A DNA stretch of 64,000 nucleotides from Candidatus Binatia bacterium (lineage in GTDB: Bacteria > Desulfobacterota > Binatia > DP-6), in contig DASYLJ010000096.1 in NCBI GenBank assembly GCA_036009625.1, positions 14,297 through 78,296 on the forward strand, written 5' to 3'. A program made the translations under genes and the position numbers. Every line of letters starts with the position of its first letter. The first letter of the stretch is position 1. Below are positions 37,635 to 47,849 of the stretch, one piece after another. Below the pieces are notes generated by a model. It did no database searches and had not been told where the DNA came from. It worked only from the letters and a program-made list of their open reading frames with translations.

Positions 37635-40289
37635 TCAGGGGACGATGACGCAGGCGGCACCGCCGCAGACGTCGATGACGGCACCGTTGGTCTTCAGGAA
37701 CTCCGACTTCTGGTTCCGCGCGATGGACGAGCTGCGCGGATGGGAGTGCGGATCGGCGCCCAGGGTGGGGGCCGTGTTGGTGATCGGCGGCGCCGGCGAT
37801 CCGCTGTCGTAGATGACGAGCGCCGAGCCATCGAAGGGGTAGGTGACGATCGGCGGGATGCCGAAGTACGGATCGACGTCGGTGTGACGTCCCGGCACGG
37901 TGGCCGGCGAATGGATCGAGGCGCCGATGGTGCGCGTCTCGACCTCGGTGGCGACGTTGGAGACCTGGTGGTCACCGAACGCCACCTGCAGCAGCACCTT
38001 GTGCTGCGGCGTGTTGGGCAGCGGATCCGTCGTCATGTGGTGCGCGTAGCCGTTCGGCTCCGAGCGGTCCCACAGCATCTGGATCAGCGCCAGCACCAGC
38101 GGGCGCTGCAGCTGGTTCGTGTACGCCGGGTAGAGGAACGCCGAGTACGTCGTGAAGTCGGTGCTGCGGGTGAGCAGCAGCGAGTAGTTCATGCCCGGCA
38201 CGCCGAGGACGCCGCGCGTGATGTCCTGCGCGATCGCCATGACGGTGCCGCCGAAGATGCCACCCTGGCTGTTGCCGTCGTAGAACACGTCGCTCGTGTC
38301 GATGACGGGATTGCCCGAGGCGTCCTGGAAGGCCGCGTTGCCGACGAATCCATTGGCGTGGATCATCAGGCGGGCCAGGAAGAGCTGGTTGATCATCGCC
38401 TGCTGCTGGCGATCGGGGAAGGACGGGAACTTCCCGACCTCCTGGAGAATGCCGATGGCATTGCTCACGTCCTCGTCCGCCATGCCGATCCACTTCGTGG
38501 CGCAGAAGACGAAGTTGTGCTCGTTCGCCATGTCACGGACGTTGCCGCCCGAGACCTCGGTGTTCGAGCCGAGGAGGCCGTGACCGTAGATGGACGCACG
38601 CCCCGGCACCGCGGTGGCGGCGGCATTTGCCAGCGCCGCACGCGGAATGTTGCAGATGAACGACGCCGGCTGCGTCGTGGCCTGATGGATGGGCAGGCCG
38701 TTGCCGTCGAGCTGCATCCGCGCCGGTGCCGTGACGCTGTCGACGTAGCGCTCGACCTGGAACGTGCCGGTGACGCGGCGGTAGATCCGGCTGTCGACCT
38801 CGTTCTCGATGCTCGTCACGCTGAACCCCGGGGCATTGGCGCCAAGGCGGCTGAAGGCGTCGTCACGCATGAACAGGAGGCGCTCGGTGAGGCTGCGCTG
38901 GCTCGCCACCGTGAAGTCCCACGCCAGGTAGAGGTCGTTGCGCGCGATGCCGGCGTTGCCGAGCGTGGTGAAGAGATCTTCCATGTGCGGGCGACGCGCC
39001 TCGAGCGCGTCGATCCCCGTGGGCGTGTTGTCGCGGTACGCCGCGAACACGGACGCCGGCGGGATGATGGTGCCCGACGCGTCCTTCATGTTGCGCAGCG
39101 CCACGATGTAGCGCGTGCCCTCGTCGAAGTTCACCCCGGGGTGGATGATCATCGCCTGCTGTGCCGGGTTGGTGGCGTTCGAATCGAGCTCGACCCACAC
39201 GAGGTGCTGCTGCAGCGTGGTCGCGTTGATGACGACGACCGGCGTTCCGACGAGGAGCGACTGCTCGATGTCGGTGATGGGCGCGGCGCCGGTCTGGGCG
39301 AGATCGACGCCCGGCACGCGGGTGAGGATGGTGCTGCCCGGGCTAAAGCCGTCATTCAGATTGTAGTCGGCGATCGCGACCGGGACGTTCATGTTGTTGC
39401 GCGGCATGCCGGCGATGGCGAAGTGCACGCGACGGCCGGTGTCGGTCGTGCCGTCTTCCTTCGTCAGGTAATCGCTCGGGAACGGGTACAGGCAGTCGGC
39501 CTGGTCGAGCGCATCGCAGGGGCACGTGCAGTCGAAGCTGCAGGTGGCGCCGCCGCCGCACGAGGTGCCGGGCGTGTCGCACTGCTCGCCCGGGTCGATG
39601 GTGCCGTTGATGCACGTCGGGTTGATCGTCGTGCTCGTCGTGCTGCTGGTGCTGGTCGAGGTCGAGGTGCTCGTCGACGTCGTGGTGGTGGTGACGCAGG
39701 TGGCCTCGGCCGTCGGCTTCGACACCTTGAAGAGCTTGTCGGCCTTGTTGGTGATCGTGCCGGTCGCGTAGCTCATGCTGTACGAGTCACCACCGACGAT
39801 GGTGAGCAGCACGCAGCCGCCCGAGCCCGGGTTCGGCGGAACGACGACCACGGGGCCGGCCTTGCCGGAGATGACGGCCTTCACCTGGAAGGTACCGTTG
39901 CCCGACTTCTTCACCTGGGCGCTCTTCACCGGTCCGGCGTCGCCCTTCGAGTCGTTGTACTTGTAGCCCTTCGTCGCATCTCCGCTCCAGTACGGCTTGC
40001 CCGTTGTCGGGCTGTTGCCGCTGGGCAGGATGAACGTCTGCACCGAAGGCGTTCCACCGCTCGCGGTGACGGTGAGGGTCGCGCCCCCAACCGTGGGATT
40101 GCCGACGATGGTGTCGGGGCTCCCGGACTCCTTGGCCTTGGTGACGATCGCACGCTTCTCGGGCGTGCTCGGATTCTTCACGAGCAACTGATTCCCGAGA
40201 ATCGTCTGGTCGACGGCCCCGGCGGGTATCGCCGCGGTCATGACCAGCAGGGCGGCAAGCAACGGGTGACGCATCATGTATGGCTCCAT
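37635..40289 (-). CDS. Secreted alpha/beta-hydrolase-like protein with extra N-terminal module, Thr/Ser linker and Cys-rich segment (paralog of 35560-37548)
   Basis: Signal. N-terminal about 200 aa beta-rich module. TTTTTSTSTSTSTSTSSTTSTT linker. CINGTIDPGEQCDTPGTSCGGGATCSFDCTCPCD. Then the same hydrolase core (IYGHGLLG, FYDGNSQGG, GDHQVSN). 884 aa. Confidence 0.75.
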   Translation of the reverse strand: MEPYMMRHPLLAALLVMTAAIPAGAVDQTILGNQLLVKNPSTPEKRAIVTKAKESGSPDTIVGNPTVGGATLTVTASGGTPSVQTFILPSGNSPTTGKPYWSGDATKGYKYNDSKGDAGPVKSAQVKKSGNGTFQVKAVISGKAGPVVVVPPNPGSGGCVLLTIVGGDSYSMSYATGTITNKADKLFKVSKPTAEATCVTTTTTSTSTSTSTSTSSTTSTTINPTCINGTIDPGEQCDTPGTSCGGGATCSFDCTCPCDALDQADCLYPFPSDYLTKEDGTTDTGRRVHFAIAGMPRNNMNVPVAIADYNLNDGFSPGSTILTRVPGVDLAQTGAAPITDIEQSLLVGTPVVVINATTLQQHLVWVELDSNATNPAQQAMIIHPGVNFDEGTRYIVALRNMKDASGTIIPPASVFAAYRDNTPTGIDALEARRPHMEDLFTTLGNAGIARNDLYLAWDFTVASQRSLTERLLFMRDDAFSRLGANAPGFSVTSIENEVDSRIYRRVTGTFQVERYVDSVTAPARMQLDGNGLPIHQATTQPASFICNIPRAALANAAATAVPGRASIYGHGLLGSNTEVSGGNVRDMANEHNFVFCATKWIGMADEDVSNAIGILQEVGKFPSFPDRQQQAMINQLFLARLMIHANGFVGNAAFQDASGNPVIDTSDVFYDGNSQGGIFGGTVMAIAQDITRGVLGVPGMNYSLLLTRSTDFTTYSAFLYPAYTNQLQRPLVLALIQMLWDRSEPNGYAHHMTTDPLPNTPQHKVLLQVAFGDHQVSNVATEVETRTIGASIHSPATVPGRHTDVDPYFGIPPIVTYPFDGSALVIYDSGSPAPPITNTAPTLGADPHSHPRSSSIARNQKSEFLKTNGAVIDVCGGAACVIVP

Positions 40290-40329
40290 CGGCAGCTCGG
40301 CGAGCGAGCGGGCTTGGGTGTGGTGGCGT

Positions 40330-40349
40330 CGCGGAGGCCCCCCTCCGCG
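40330..40349 (-). terminator. GC-rich hairpin downstream of mgtE
   Basis: CGCGGAGG-cccc-CCTCCGCG perfect 8-bp stem just 3' of the mgtE stop. No U-tract, so intrinsic termination is uncertain. Confidence 0.3.
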
Positions 40350-40541
40350 TGACGCGTGGACATTGCGTCGGGACCGTACCGACCCGCGAGTCTTCGCGTC
40401 AATGAGAAAAGCGCGCTGGCGCCCGCGGCGGTGACCCGGCTGCCGATGTCCGCCGCACTGCGTCGCGCGCCGATTTCCACCACTTTGCGATCGCTCCGGG
40501 CCGCCTGCAGCCCTCGCGCTCTCGACAATACGCGTTGCCCC

Positions 40542-41876
40542 CTACAGCAGGGTCCCCCGGAACAGCACGCTCGCGACGGTGAAGTAGATGATCAGCCCCG
40601 TGACGTCGACGAGTGTCGCGACGAACGGTGCGCACGCGCTGGCGGGGTCGAACCCAAGGCGGCGGAGAATGAACGGCAGCAGGGAACCTGCCAACGTCCC
40701 GAAGGTCACGACACCTATCAAGCTCAGCGCAACGGTCAGCCCGACCAGGAGATAGTGCTCGCCGTACGAGCCGAAGAGCCCTACCCACGCCAGGATGCGA
40801 GCGAAGCCGATCGAGCCCAGGATCGTTCCGAGCACCATCCCCGCCCCCAGCTCACGCCGCACCACCCGCCACCAGTCCCCGAGCCGCACCTCACCGAGGG
40901 CCATCGCGCGTATGACGAGCGTGGACGCCTGCGACCCCGAATTGCCCCCGCTGCTGATGATGAGCGGCACGAAGAGCGCGAGAACGACCGCGCGCTCGAT
41001 CTCCTTCTCGAAGTACCCCATGGCGGTAGCCGTGAGCATCTCCCCCAGGAAAAGTGCCGAGAGCCATCCCGCACGCTTCTGCACCATGCTGCCAAACCCG
41101 ACGTCCAGGTACGGCGACCCGAGCGCCTCCGACCCACCGATCCGTTGGATCTCGTCGGTCGCCTGCTCCGTCACGACGTGGACGATGTCGTCCATCGTCA
41201 CGATGCCCTGCATACGCCCCTCGCGATCCACCACCGGGAGCGCGATCAGGCGGGAACGTTGGAAGAGGCGGCTCACATCAGCCTGCGCCGTGTCCGAGGT
41301 GATCGTGACGACGTTGGTGCGCATGATGTCACGGACGTGGTGCTCGGTGTTGGCGTCGAATAGTTCGCGGAACGAAACCACCCCAAGGAGCCGCTGATCG
41401 GGCGCAAGGACGTAGGTGTAATAGATCGTCTCCACCTGCTTGCGTCCCTGGCGGCGCAGATAGGCCATTGCTTCGTCGACCGACATGTCTGGCCGCAAGC
41501 GTGCGAATCTCGTGTTCATGAGCCCGCCGGCCTGATCCTCGGCGTACGCCAATAGGCCGAGCACTTCCTTGCGCGTTGGCTCGTCGAGCAACGAGAGGAA
41601 GGCTTGATGGGCCATGCCCGGCGCCGCCTGAATGAGGTCTGCTGCGTCATCCGGAGCAAGCAGCCGGATCCACGATCGCCGCTCCCCCTCGGGCAGACCG
41701 AGAACGATGGCGGCTTGGTCCGCCGAGCTGAGAGCGAAGAAGAGCTCCTCGGCTTCGGCCCGGGGAAGTAGAAGGAAACCCTCTACGCGCTCTTGCGGTG
41801 CCAGAAGACGCCAGACATGGGCCAGATCGGTTCCCGACAGTGGCGTATCGGATACGACTGGTTGCAGGACGGGCAT
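40542..41876 (-). CDS. mgtE: Magnesium transporter MgtE
   Basis: N-terminal MgtE_N, tandem CBS domains, C-terminal 5-TM MgtE domain with GGNSGSQAST. 444 aa. Confidence 0.9.
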   Translation of the reverse strand: MPVLQPVVSDTPLSGTDLAHVWRLLAPQERVEGFLLLPRAEAEELFFALSSADQAAIVLGLPEGERRSWIRLLAPDDAADLIQAAPGMAHQAFLSLLDEPTRKEVLGLLAYAEDQAGGLMNTRFARLRPDMSVDEAMAYLRRQGRKQVETIYYTYVLAPDQRLLGVVSFRELFDANTEHHVRDIMRTNVVTITSDTAQADVSRLFQRSRLIALPVVDREGRMQGIVTMDDIVHVVTEQATDEIQRIGGSEALGSPYLDVGFGSMVQKRAGWLSALFLGEMLTATAMGYFEKEIERAVVLALFVPLIISSGGNSGSQASTLVIRAMALGEVRLGDWWRVVRRELGAGMVLGTILGSIGFARILAWVGLFGSYGEHYLLVGLTVALSLIGVVTFGTLAGSLLPFILRRLGFDPASACAPFVATLVDVTGLIIYFTVASVLFRGTLL

Positions 41877-42078
41877 GGCAGTCCTTTCGTCGCAGAGACG
41901 TTGCTGACCAATTCTCGCGCGCCCGGCGCCCTACATCACGAGCACGACCACCGCCCCGCCCCACATCTGCGTGTCTGCGCGCAAGTTGGACCGCTATGCG
42001 GCCCGACACCGATTCGTCAATGGGGACCGCGTCCGGGGCCAGGTTGCAGTCCCTCCGCCCATCGGAGAAGAAGACGGG

Positions 42079-43686
42079 ATGCCCACCCCCACCGGACCGG
42101 CGCTGATGGAGCGTCTGGTCTCGCTCTGCAAGCGCCGCGGCTTCATCTTCCAGTCCTCCGAGATCTACGGCGGCATCAACGGGTTCTGGGACTACGGGCC
42201 CCTCGGCGTCGAGCTGAAGAACAACCTGCGCGACGCCTGGTGGGACGTCATGGTGCGCAATCCGCCGCTCGGTCCCGACGGCAGGGAGATCGACATCGTC
42301 GGGCTCGACTGCTCGATCATCAGCCACCCCAAGGTCTGGGAGGCCAGCGGCCACGTCGGCGGCTTCGCCGACCCCATGCAGACCTGCCGGCAGTGCAAGC
42401 GGCTCTTCCGGGCCGACCACGTCGAAGACCTGCTGGCCGAGAGTGAGTGGGTGGCCGCCCTCCTCGCGGTCTGCGAAGCAGGCACCAATCCGGGCACCTA
42501 CACGGCCCCGCACGCCGAGCTGAAGCGGTGGGCCGAGACCAAGGGCCGCAAGGTCGCCCCCGGCCTCCTGCTGGTACGGAAGCCGGCCGACGTCCTCGGC
42601 AGCCTCACCGGCGACGCCTTCGACGTCCCCACCCTGCTTCGTCTGCTCTCGAGCGACGCCGCCAGCGCCGAGGGCATCCTGCCCCCCTGCCCTCACTGTG
42701 GCGGCGACCTCACCGAGCCCCGGCAGTTCAACCTGATGTTCGAGACCTACACCGGCGCGGTGCGCGACGAGGACGCCAAGGCGTACCTCCGCCCCGAGAC
42801 CGCGCAGGGCATGTTCTACAACTTCAAGAACGTGATCGACTCGACGCGGGTGAAGATCCCGTTCGGCATCTGCCAGGTGGGGCGCAGCTTCCGGAACGAG
42901 GTCACGCCGCGCAACTTCATCTTCCGCTCGCGCGAGTTCGAGCAGATGGAGCTCGAGTTCTTCGTCCACCCGAGCGAGGCCGACAAGTGGTACCAGTATT
43001 GGCGCCAGCAGCGCTTCGACTGGTGGTGCTCGCTGGGCCTCGCCGGCAAGAACCTGCGACTGCGCGACCACGAGCAGGACGAGCTGGCGCACTACGCCAA
43101 GGAGTCGGGCGGCTGCTGCGACGTCGAGTACGCCTTCCCGTTCTCTGGCGAGAAGGGCTTCACCGAGCTCGAAGGCATCGCCTACCGCAGCAACTACGAT
43201 CTCACGCAGCACCAGAAGTTCAGCGGCGTGAAGCTCGACTACTTCGACCAGGAGCGCAACGAGCGCTACCTGCCGCACGTCATCGAGCCAGCCGCGGGAC
43301 TGACGCGCGGGCTCCTCGCCGTGCTGTGCGAGTCGTACACGGTGGACGAGAGCCGTCCGTCGCCCGAGCTCATGCGCTTCCACCCGCGCCTCGCCCCGAT
43401 CAAGGCAGGTGTGTTCCCGCTGGTGAACAAGGAAGGCATGCCCGAGATCGCGGAGAAGATCTTCCGCGATCTGCGCAAGAACGTCGGCCCCTGCCAGTTC
43501 GACGCCAAGCAGAGCATCGGCAAGCGCTACGCTCGCATGGACGAAGCCGGCACGCCGTTCTGCATCACCGTCGACGGGCAGTCCGTCACCGATCAGACGG
43601 TGACGGTGCGCGATCGCGACACGGGCGCGCAGATCCGCGTCGCGGCGGATCAGATCGTGCAGTACGTCGGCGAGCGCGTGCGCTAG
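42079..43686 (+). CDS. glyQS: Glycine--tRNA ligase (dimeric alpha2 type)
   Basis: MPTPTGPALMERLVSLCKRRGFIFQSSEIYGG...FRNEVTPRNFIFRSREFEQMELEFFV is class II aaRS motif 2. Anticodon-binding C-terminus. GGAG upstream of ATG. 535 aa. Confidence 0.9.
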   Translation: MPTPTGPALMERLVSLCKRRGFIFQSSEIYGGINGFWDYGPLGVELKNNLRDAWWDVMVRNPPLGPDGREIDIVGLDCSIISHPKVWEASGHVGGFADPMQTCRQCKRLFRADHVEDLLAESEWVAALLAVCEAGTNPGTYTAPHAELKRWAETKGRKVAPGLLLVRKPADVLGSLTGDAFDVPTLLRLLSSDAASAEGILPPCPHCGGDLTEPRQFNLMFETYTGAVRDEDAKAYLRPETAQGMFYNFKNVIDSTRVKIPFGICQVGRSFRNEVTPRNFIFRSREFEQMELEFFVHPSEADKWYQYWRQQRFDWWCSLGLAGKNLRLRDHEQDELAHYAKESGGCCDVEYAFPFSGEKGFTELEGIAYRSNYDLTQHQKFSGVKLDYFDQERNERYLPHVIEPAAGLTRGLLAVLCESYTVDESRPSPELMRFHPRLAPIKAGVFPLVNKEGMPEIAEKIFRDLRKNVGPCQFDAKQSIGKRYARMDEAGTPFCITVDGQSVTDQTVTVRDRDTGAQIRVAADQIVQYVGERVR

Positions 43687-45191
43687 GACGACCGGCCGAG
43701 CGTCTTCGCGTCGCGCTTGAGCGCCACGAGGTGATCGGCGAGCGCGCTGCGCAGTGAGGCGTCGAGCGCCTTCGCGGCCTTGGTGTTGAGCCGCACGCGC
43801 GCGACGGTCAGCGTCTTCACGACGCGACGGAGCACGCGCTTCCGCGCCTTGCCCGTGGCGGCATCGGCCTCCTGCAGCGCGCCGGTCGCCGTCGCGAGCT
43901 GTGCGAGCAGCTTGTCGCGCAGCTTCCCTGCCGGCACCTGCCCGGTGACGTCGGCGGTGAGCACGGCGAGCCGGCAGCCGATGGACACCACGGTGGCCTC
44001 GGCGGTGCACGCGAGGGTCGTCGTCGTCGTGCTCGACGTCACCACCGTGGTGGTCGTGGTCGTCGGCGGCACGGAGCCGAACTCGTACGCACCGACATCG
44101 ACGACGCTGTCCGCGATGCGGAGGTTGCCCTCGTAGTCGAGCTCGGGCAACCCGTTGGGTGGGGCGTTGGTCCCGGCGTTGATGAGCGTCGACGTTCCCT
44201 TCAGGTGATAGTCGGCACCGTCGCCGTCGACGTAGAGCGGATCGACGCCGTAGAGCGGCATGCCGAGACTGAAGCCGTTCAGCACGTTCGCCGCGCCGAT
44301 GCCGAAGAAGGCGTTGAACCCGCCGGTGACGCTCAGCTGCGCCGACGCCGGGAAGCTCGCGCCCGGTCCGGTGGTGCGCGACACGATGTTGTTGAAGAGG
44401 TTGAGCGAGATCGTGCTGGTCGAGCCGACGCTGCTCACGTACACACCCTTCGCCGTCTGATCGAGCGTGTTGTTGACCACGTTCACCGTCGCCGCGACGC
44501 TGTCGAGCGAGTACATGACGATCGCGCTCGACGCGACGTCGTGGATGACGTTGTTCTCGACGTCGACGGTGATCTGTCCGCCGCCGCGCATGTCGAGCTG
44601 CAGGCCATCGTAGCCCGGCGTCGACGCGCTCAGGCGGTTGCGCGCGATCGTGAGGTGCGTCGTGCCCGTCGGCGGGGCCATGAGCGTGTCGACGACGTAG
44701 CCGCCGGAGGCGAGGAAATTGTCGAGGAGACGGACGTCCGCGGGGACGTCGGGATCGACCAGGATCGCCGAGCCGGTGAACGTGTTGCTGATCGAGCACC
44801 GCTGGATGGTGACCTCGTCACCCCCGGGCGACGTCGAAAGCACCACCCGGACCGAGCCATTGCTGATGGTCAGCCCCTCGAGCCGGATGACGCTCGGCCC
44901 GCCGGCCTTCCCGCCGATCAGGATGCCGAACGGCGTCGCACTGCCGCCCAGCAGCGGCGTGACACCGGGCGCGCCGGTGAGCGTGATGCCCTTCCTGATC
45001 TGCAGGGGACCGCCACCGATCGGCGCCGTCGTCACGATCTCGATACGGTCGCCGTCGTCGGCTCCATCGATGCACTCCTGCAGCGTCGTGCTGCACGGTG
45101 GCGTGCTCGGAAAACTTCGCGTGACGGCGCGGGCGGGAACGGCAGCGAGCAGCAGGCCGAGGAGCGACCACCATCGGAGGCGGCGAGTCAT
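43683..45191 (-). CDS. Secreted right-handed parallel beta-helix repeat protein with Thr-rich linker and C-terminal helical domain
   Basis: Signal MTRRLRWWSLLGLLLAAVPARA. Repeated NN(V/I)xxxxGxG beta-helix rungs (VENNVIHDV, VVNNTLDQT, LFNNIVSRT). PPTTTTTTVVTSSTTTTT linker. Only the C-terminal 502 aa of the long track ORF looks real. Confidence 0.7.
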   Translation of the reverse strand: MTRRLRWWSLLGLLLAAVPARAVTRSFPSTPPCSTTLQECIDGADDGDRIEIVTTAPIGGGPLQIRKGITLTGAPGVTPLLGGSATPFGILIGGKAGGPSVIRLEGLTISNGSVRVVLSTSPGGDEVTIQRCSISNTFTGSAILVDPDVPADVRLLDNFLASGGYVVDTLMAPPTGTTHLTIARNRLSASTPGYDGLQLDMRGGGQITVDVENNVIHDVASSAIVMYSLDSVAATVNVVNNTLDQTAKGVYVSSVGSTSTISLNLFNNIVSRTTGPGASFPASAQLSVTGGFNAFFGIGAANVLNGFSLGMPLYGVDPLYVDGDGADYHLKGTSTLINAGTNAPPNGLPELDYEGNLRIADSVVDVGAYEFGSVPPTTTTTTVVTSSTTTTTLACTAEATVVSIGCRLAVLTADVTGQVPAGKLRDKLLAQLATATGALQEADAATGKARKRVLRRVVKTLTVARVRLNTKAAKALDASLRSALADHLVALKRDAKTLGRSS

Positions 45192-45214
45192 GCGCCGCTG
45201 ATAGGCGCTCGACG

Positions 45215-47704
45215 CTATGGCCGCAACTCGATGCGCGCCCCGGTGGCCAGAACCGTGGCTCCGATCGTGTGCTCGCGCACGCCGCCCTCGACGACGCGCT
45301 CGATCGTGACCGGATCCCCGAACGTGCGCACCACCTCGAGCGTCGTGTGCTCCGTCGCCGGAGCGTGGTCGCATATGGCCCAGAACGACGGGAAGAACAC
45401 CGGGCAGCGGAGCCGTCCCTGCGGCGCCAGGTGCAGCGTGCGCCCCGGCACGTCGAGCGCGGCGCCCGTCAGCGCGGCGAGAACGGCCCACGCCACCGGG
45501 TGCGTCATGTAGACCGACTCGGCGTTGCCGCGCAGGCCACCGCTCCAGGCGAAGCCGTCGCCCCACAGTCGGTCGTAGAAGCGGCGCAGGGTCTCGAGCC
45601 CGGCCTCCACCTCGCCGAGATAGAGCTGCAGGCAAGCCTGATACGACACCACCTGCCAGACGTACGTGAACTCCTCGCCGCGTGGCAGGCCGGCACGGAA
45701 CGGATGGTCGACCGCGATGCCCTCGAACGTCGCCTCCGAGCGCGGCAGTCCGCCCTCGGCGTGCGTCACCAGCACGCGATACTGATGGACGAGATGGCTG
45801 CGGGCGCGGTCGAGATCGAGGATCGGGTCGAAGCCGGCCCAGCGCACCGCCCACTCGCCGGCGAGCGCCGCCGTGAAGACGGTGTCCTTGTGCTCCGAGC
45901 TGCGAAAGAAGCCGCGCGGGTCCCAGAGGTCGCGATCGAGACGCTGCGCGCAGCGATCGAAGCGTGCCTGCCACACGTCGCACCGTTCCGGCGCGCGCGT
46001 CGCGCCGAGCGTCAGCATCACCCGCAGCGTCGCCAGGTAGAGCGTCGCCGAGTAGACGAACGCGCCCGGGAAATCCCACACGTCGTAGGTCGTGCCGCCC
46101 TCCGGCACACCGTCGGGGGCGATCGAATCGAGGTAGTCGAGGCCGCGCACCATCGCCGGCCAGAACCGGTCGAGCACGTCGTCGCGGCCGGTCGTCCGCC
46201 ACGCCCGTCCCACCTGCAGGATCAGCGACATGGTGAGGTCGGTCCATTCCTTGGCCGGCAGGAAGTCCTTGATGAACATGGGCCAGCCGTAGGGAATCTC
46301 GGTGGTGCCGAGCCCGAGGTCGCAGTTGCCGTTGCCGTGCGGGATGGCGCCACGCGCGTCGGCCAGACGACGGAACTCGTCGAGCTCGGAAAGATCCAGC
46401 TCCGGGAAGAACGTCGCCGTGTAGGGATGCGACGACAGGCGCTGATCGTTGGTGCCGGTGAGACCGCCCATCGGCCAGTGCCAGTCGAGGCCCTCGAGCG
46501 TGTACATGCGACCGTTCGCTGGCACGACGGTGTTGCAGAGCGTCGAGTCGATCGAGTTGCGTATCGCGCGCACCAGCCATGGCGGCAGCGACGACGCCTC
46601 GAGCAGCGCGCCGAGCTCGCTCGACGCCGCCTCGAGCCGACGCCGATCGTCGAGCACGTGCGTCGCCACCGCGTCCACGCCGTCGAAGTGCGTCTCGTAG
46701 ACGTGCCCGACGCGGGTACCATCGTGCGGTCCCTCGCCGCGATGCCGCGCCAGGCTCGGCTCGGTGACGTGGTCCGGCGTCCACCAGGCGAGCACGAACG
46801 TCACCTCGCGCGTCGCGTGCGCGGGTACGGTCGTGGCTGCGGCCACCGCCGCCGCCGGACGCCAGCCACCGTCCTCGCCGCGACGACCCGGGGCCGTCGA
46901 GCGCACGTGCCCCTCGCGCGCGAAGTCGTCGAGCACCGACGCGGACGGCGCGCCGGCGTCCCAGCCATCGCACGCGGTGACGGCGACGTCGGGCGTGGCG
47001 TCGGCCAGCAGGAGGTATTGGCCGGTGACGCCGCGCCGATGCGAGCGCGCGTCCCACACCTGGTCGGTACGGAAGCGCACCCCACGACGGTCACCGACGG
47101 CGGCCTCCTCCTGCCAGGCGCCGGCGATGCTGTCGTACTCGACGCGACGGTGCACACCCTTCATCTCGTGCTCGGGGCCGAGCTCGACCCCGAGGTGCCC
47201 GGTACCGCCACGACCGAGGACGTTCTCGAACGAGAACAGCACCGACGCCTCCACCGGCTCGTCGCCGGGGTTCTGCAGCACGAAGCGGAAGAGCGCCGCC
47301 GGCAGCGTCGATTCGCGGACGTCGTGCGGCACGTGTGGCGTCAGGCCGTGCAGGGTCACCGACAGCGGCAGGTCGTCATCGAAGGCGAGCGCGAACGACG
47401 GCAGCGTCCCGGTGAAGGTGGTGCCGCGCACGGGGCTGGCATTCGCGTACTCGTCGCCGTCGAGGCTGCGACGCAGCATCACGCATCGAGTCGCTCCGCT
47501 GCGTCGCGTCCAGAGGGCGTGGAACGCGCCGCGCACGCCATGGATGGGCGACATCCAGTTGTTGTTGAGGCGCAGCTCACCGAAGCCGCCGTCCGACGCC
47601 ACGCTGAAGCCGCCCGCGCCGATGCCGCCCATCGGGAAGCCACGCGCGACGCGCGTGTCGACATAGGCACCGGTGACGGGATCGAAGCCGGCGCGTCGCT
47701 GCAT
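45215..47704 (-). CDS. GH116-family beta-glucosidase (glucosylceramidase / GBA2-like)
   Basis: N-terminal FPMGGIGAGGF...GELRLNNNW block and C-terminal (alpha/alpha)6 catalytic region typical of GH116. About 829 aa from the internal start MQRRAGFDP. Confidence 0.8.
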   Translation of the reverse strand: MQRRAGFDPVTGAYVDTRVARGFPMGGIGAGGFSVASDGGFGELRLNNNWMSPIHGVRGAFHALWTRRSGATRCVMLRRSLDGDEYANASPVRGTTFTGTLPSFALAFDDDLPLSVTLHGLTPHVPHDVRESTLPAALFRFVLQNPGDEPVEASVLFSFENVLGRGGTGHLGVELGPEHEMKGVHRRVEYDSIAGAWQEEAAVGDRRGVRFRTDQVWDARSHRRGVTGQYLLLADATPDVAVTACDGWDAGAPSASVLDDFAREGHVRSTAPGRRGEDGGWRPAAAVAAATTVPAHATREVTFVLAWWTPDHVTEPSLARHRGEGPHDGTRVGHVYETHFDGVDAVATHVLDDRRRLEAASSELGALLEASSLPPWLVRAIRNSIDSTLCNTVVPANGRMYTLEGLDWHWPMGGLTGTNDQRLSSHPYTATFFPELDLSELDEFRRLADARGAIPHGNGNCDLGLGTTEIPYGWPMFIKDFLPAKEWTDLTMSLILQVGRAWRTTGRDDVLDRFWPAMVRGLDYLDSIAPDGVPEGGTTYDVWDFPGAFVYSATLYLATLRVMLTLGATRAPERCDVWQARFDRCAQRLDRDLWDPRGFFRSSEHKDTVFTAALAGEWAVRWAGFDPILDLDRARSHLVHQYRVLVTHAEGGLPRSEATFEGIAVDHPFRAGLPRGEEFTYVWQVVSYQACLQLYLGEVEAGLETLRRFYDRLWGDGFAWSGGLRGNAESVYMTHPVAWAVLAALTGAALDVPGRTLHLAPQGRLRCPVFFPSFWAICDHAPATEHTTLEVVRTFGDPVTIERVVEGGVREHTIGATVLATGARIELRP

Positions 47705-47849
47705 CGTCACGGCGTAGCGTCGCACACATCGTACGGTCAAGCGGCGCGGTACGGCGGTTGCTAAGCATGATGCAGCGGTGTGGGTGGGTGGCCTGGATCG
47801 GGGTGTACGCACGACCGGCGAGTCAGGGTGCTGACACGAGGACGAGTCG

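Noticed and set aside
35389-40352. ORFs 35389-37812(+) and 37410-40352(+), about 800-980 aa
   Set aside because: Antisense to the two paralogous secreted hydrolase genes, whose translations show signal peptides and conserved catalytic-type motifs. The plus-strand products are low-complexity.
41877-42078. Possible M-box (Mg riboswitch) upstream of mgtE or T-box upstream of glyQS
   Set aside because: The 200-nt divergent intergenic region shows none of the conserved M-box or T-box sequence blocks by eye. Neither is expected in this lineage.
41647-47764. ORFs 41647-44799(-), 45269-47764(+), and the upstream 620 aa of 43683-47057(-)
   Set aside because: Shadow ORFs over glyQS, the beta-helix protein and the GH116 gene. 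Only the C-terminal 502 aa of 43683-47057 has a signal peptide and beta-helix repeats.
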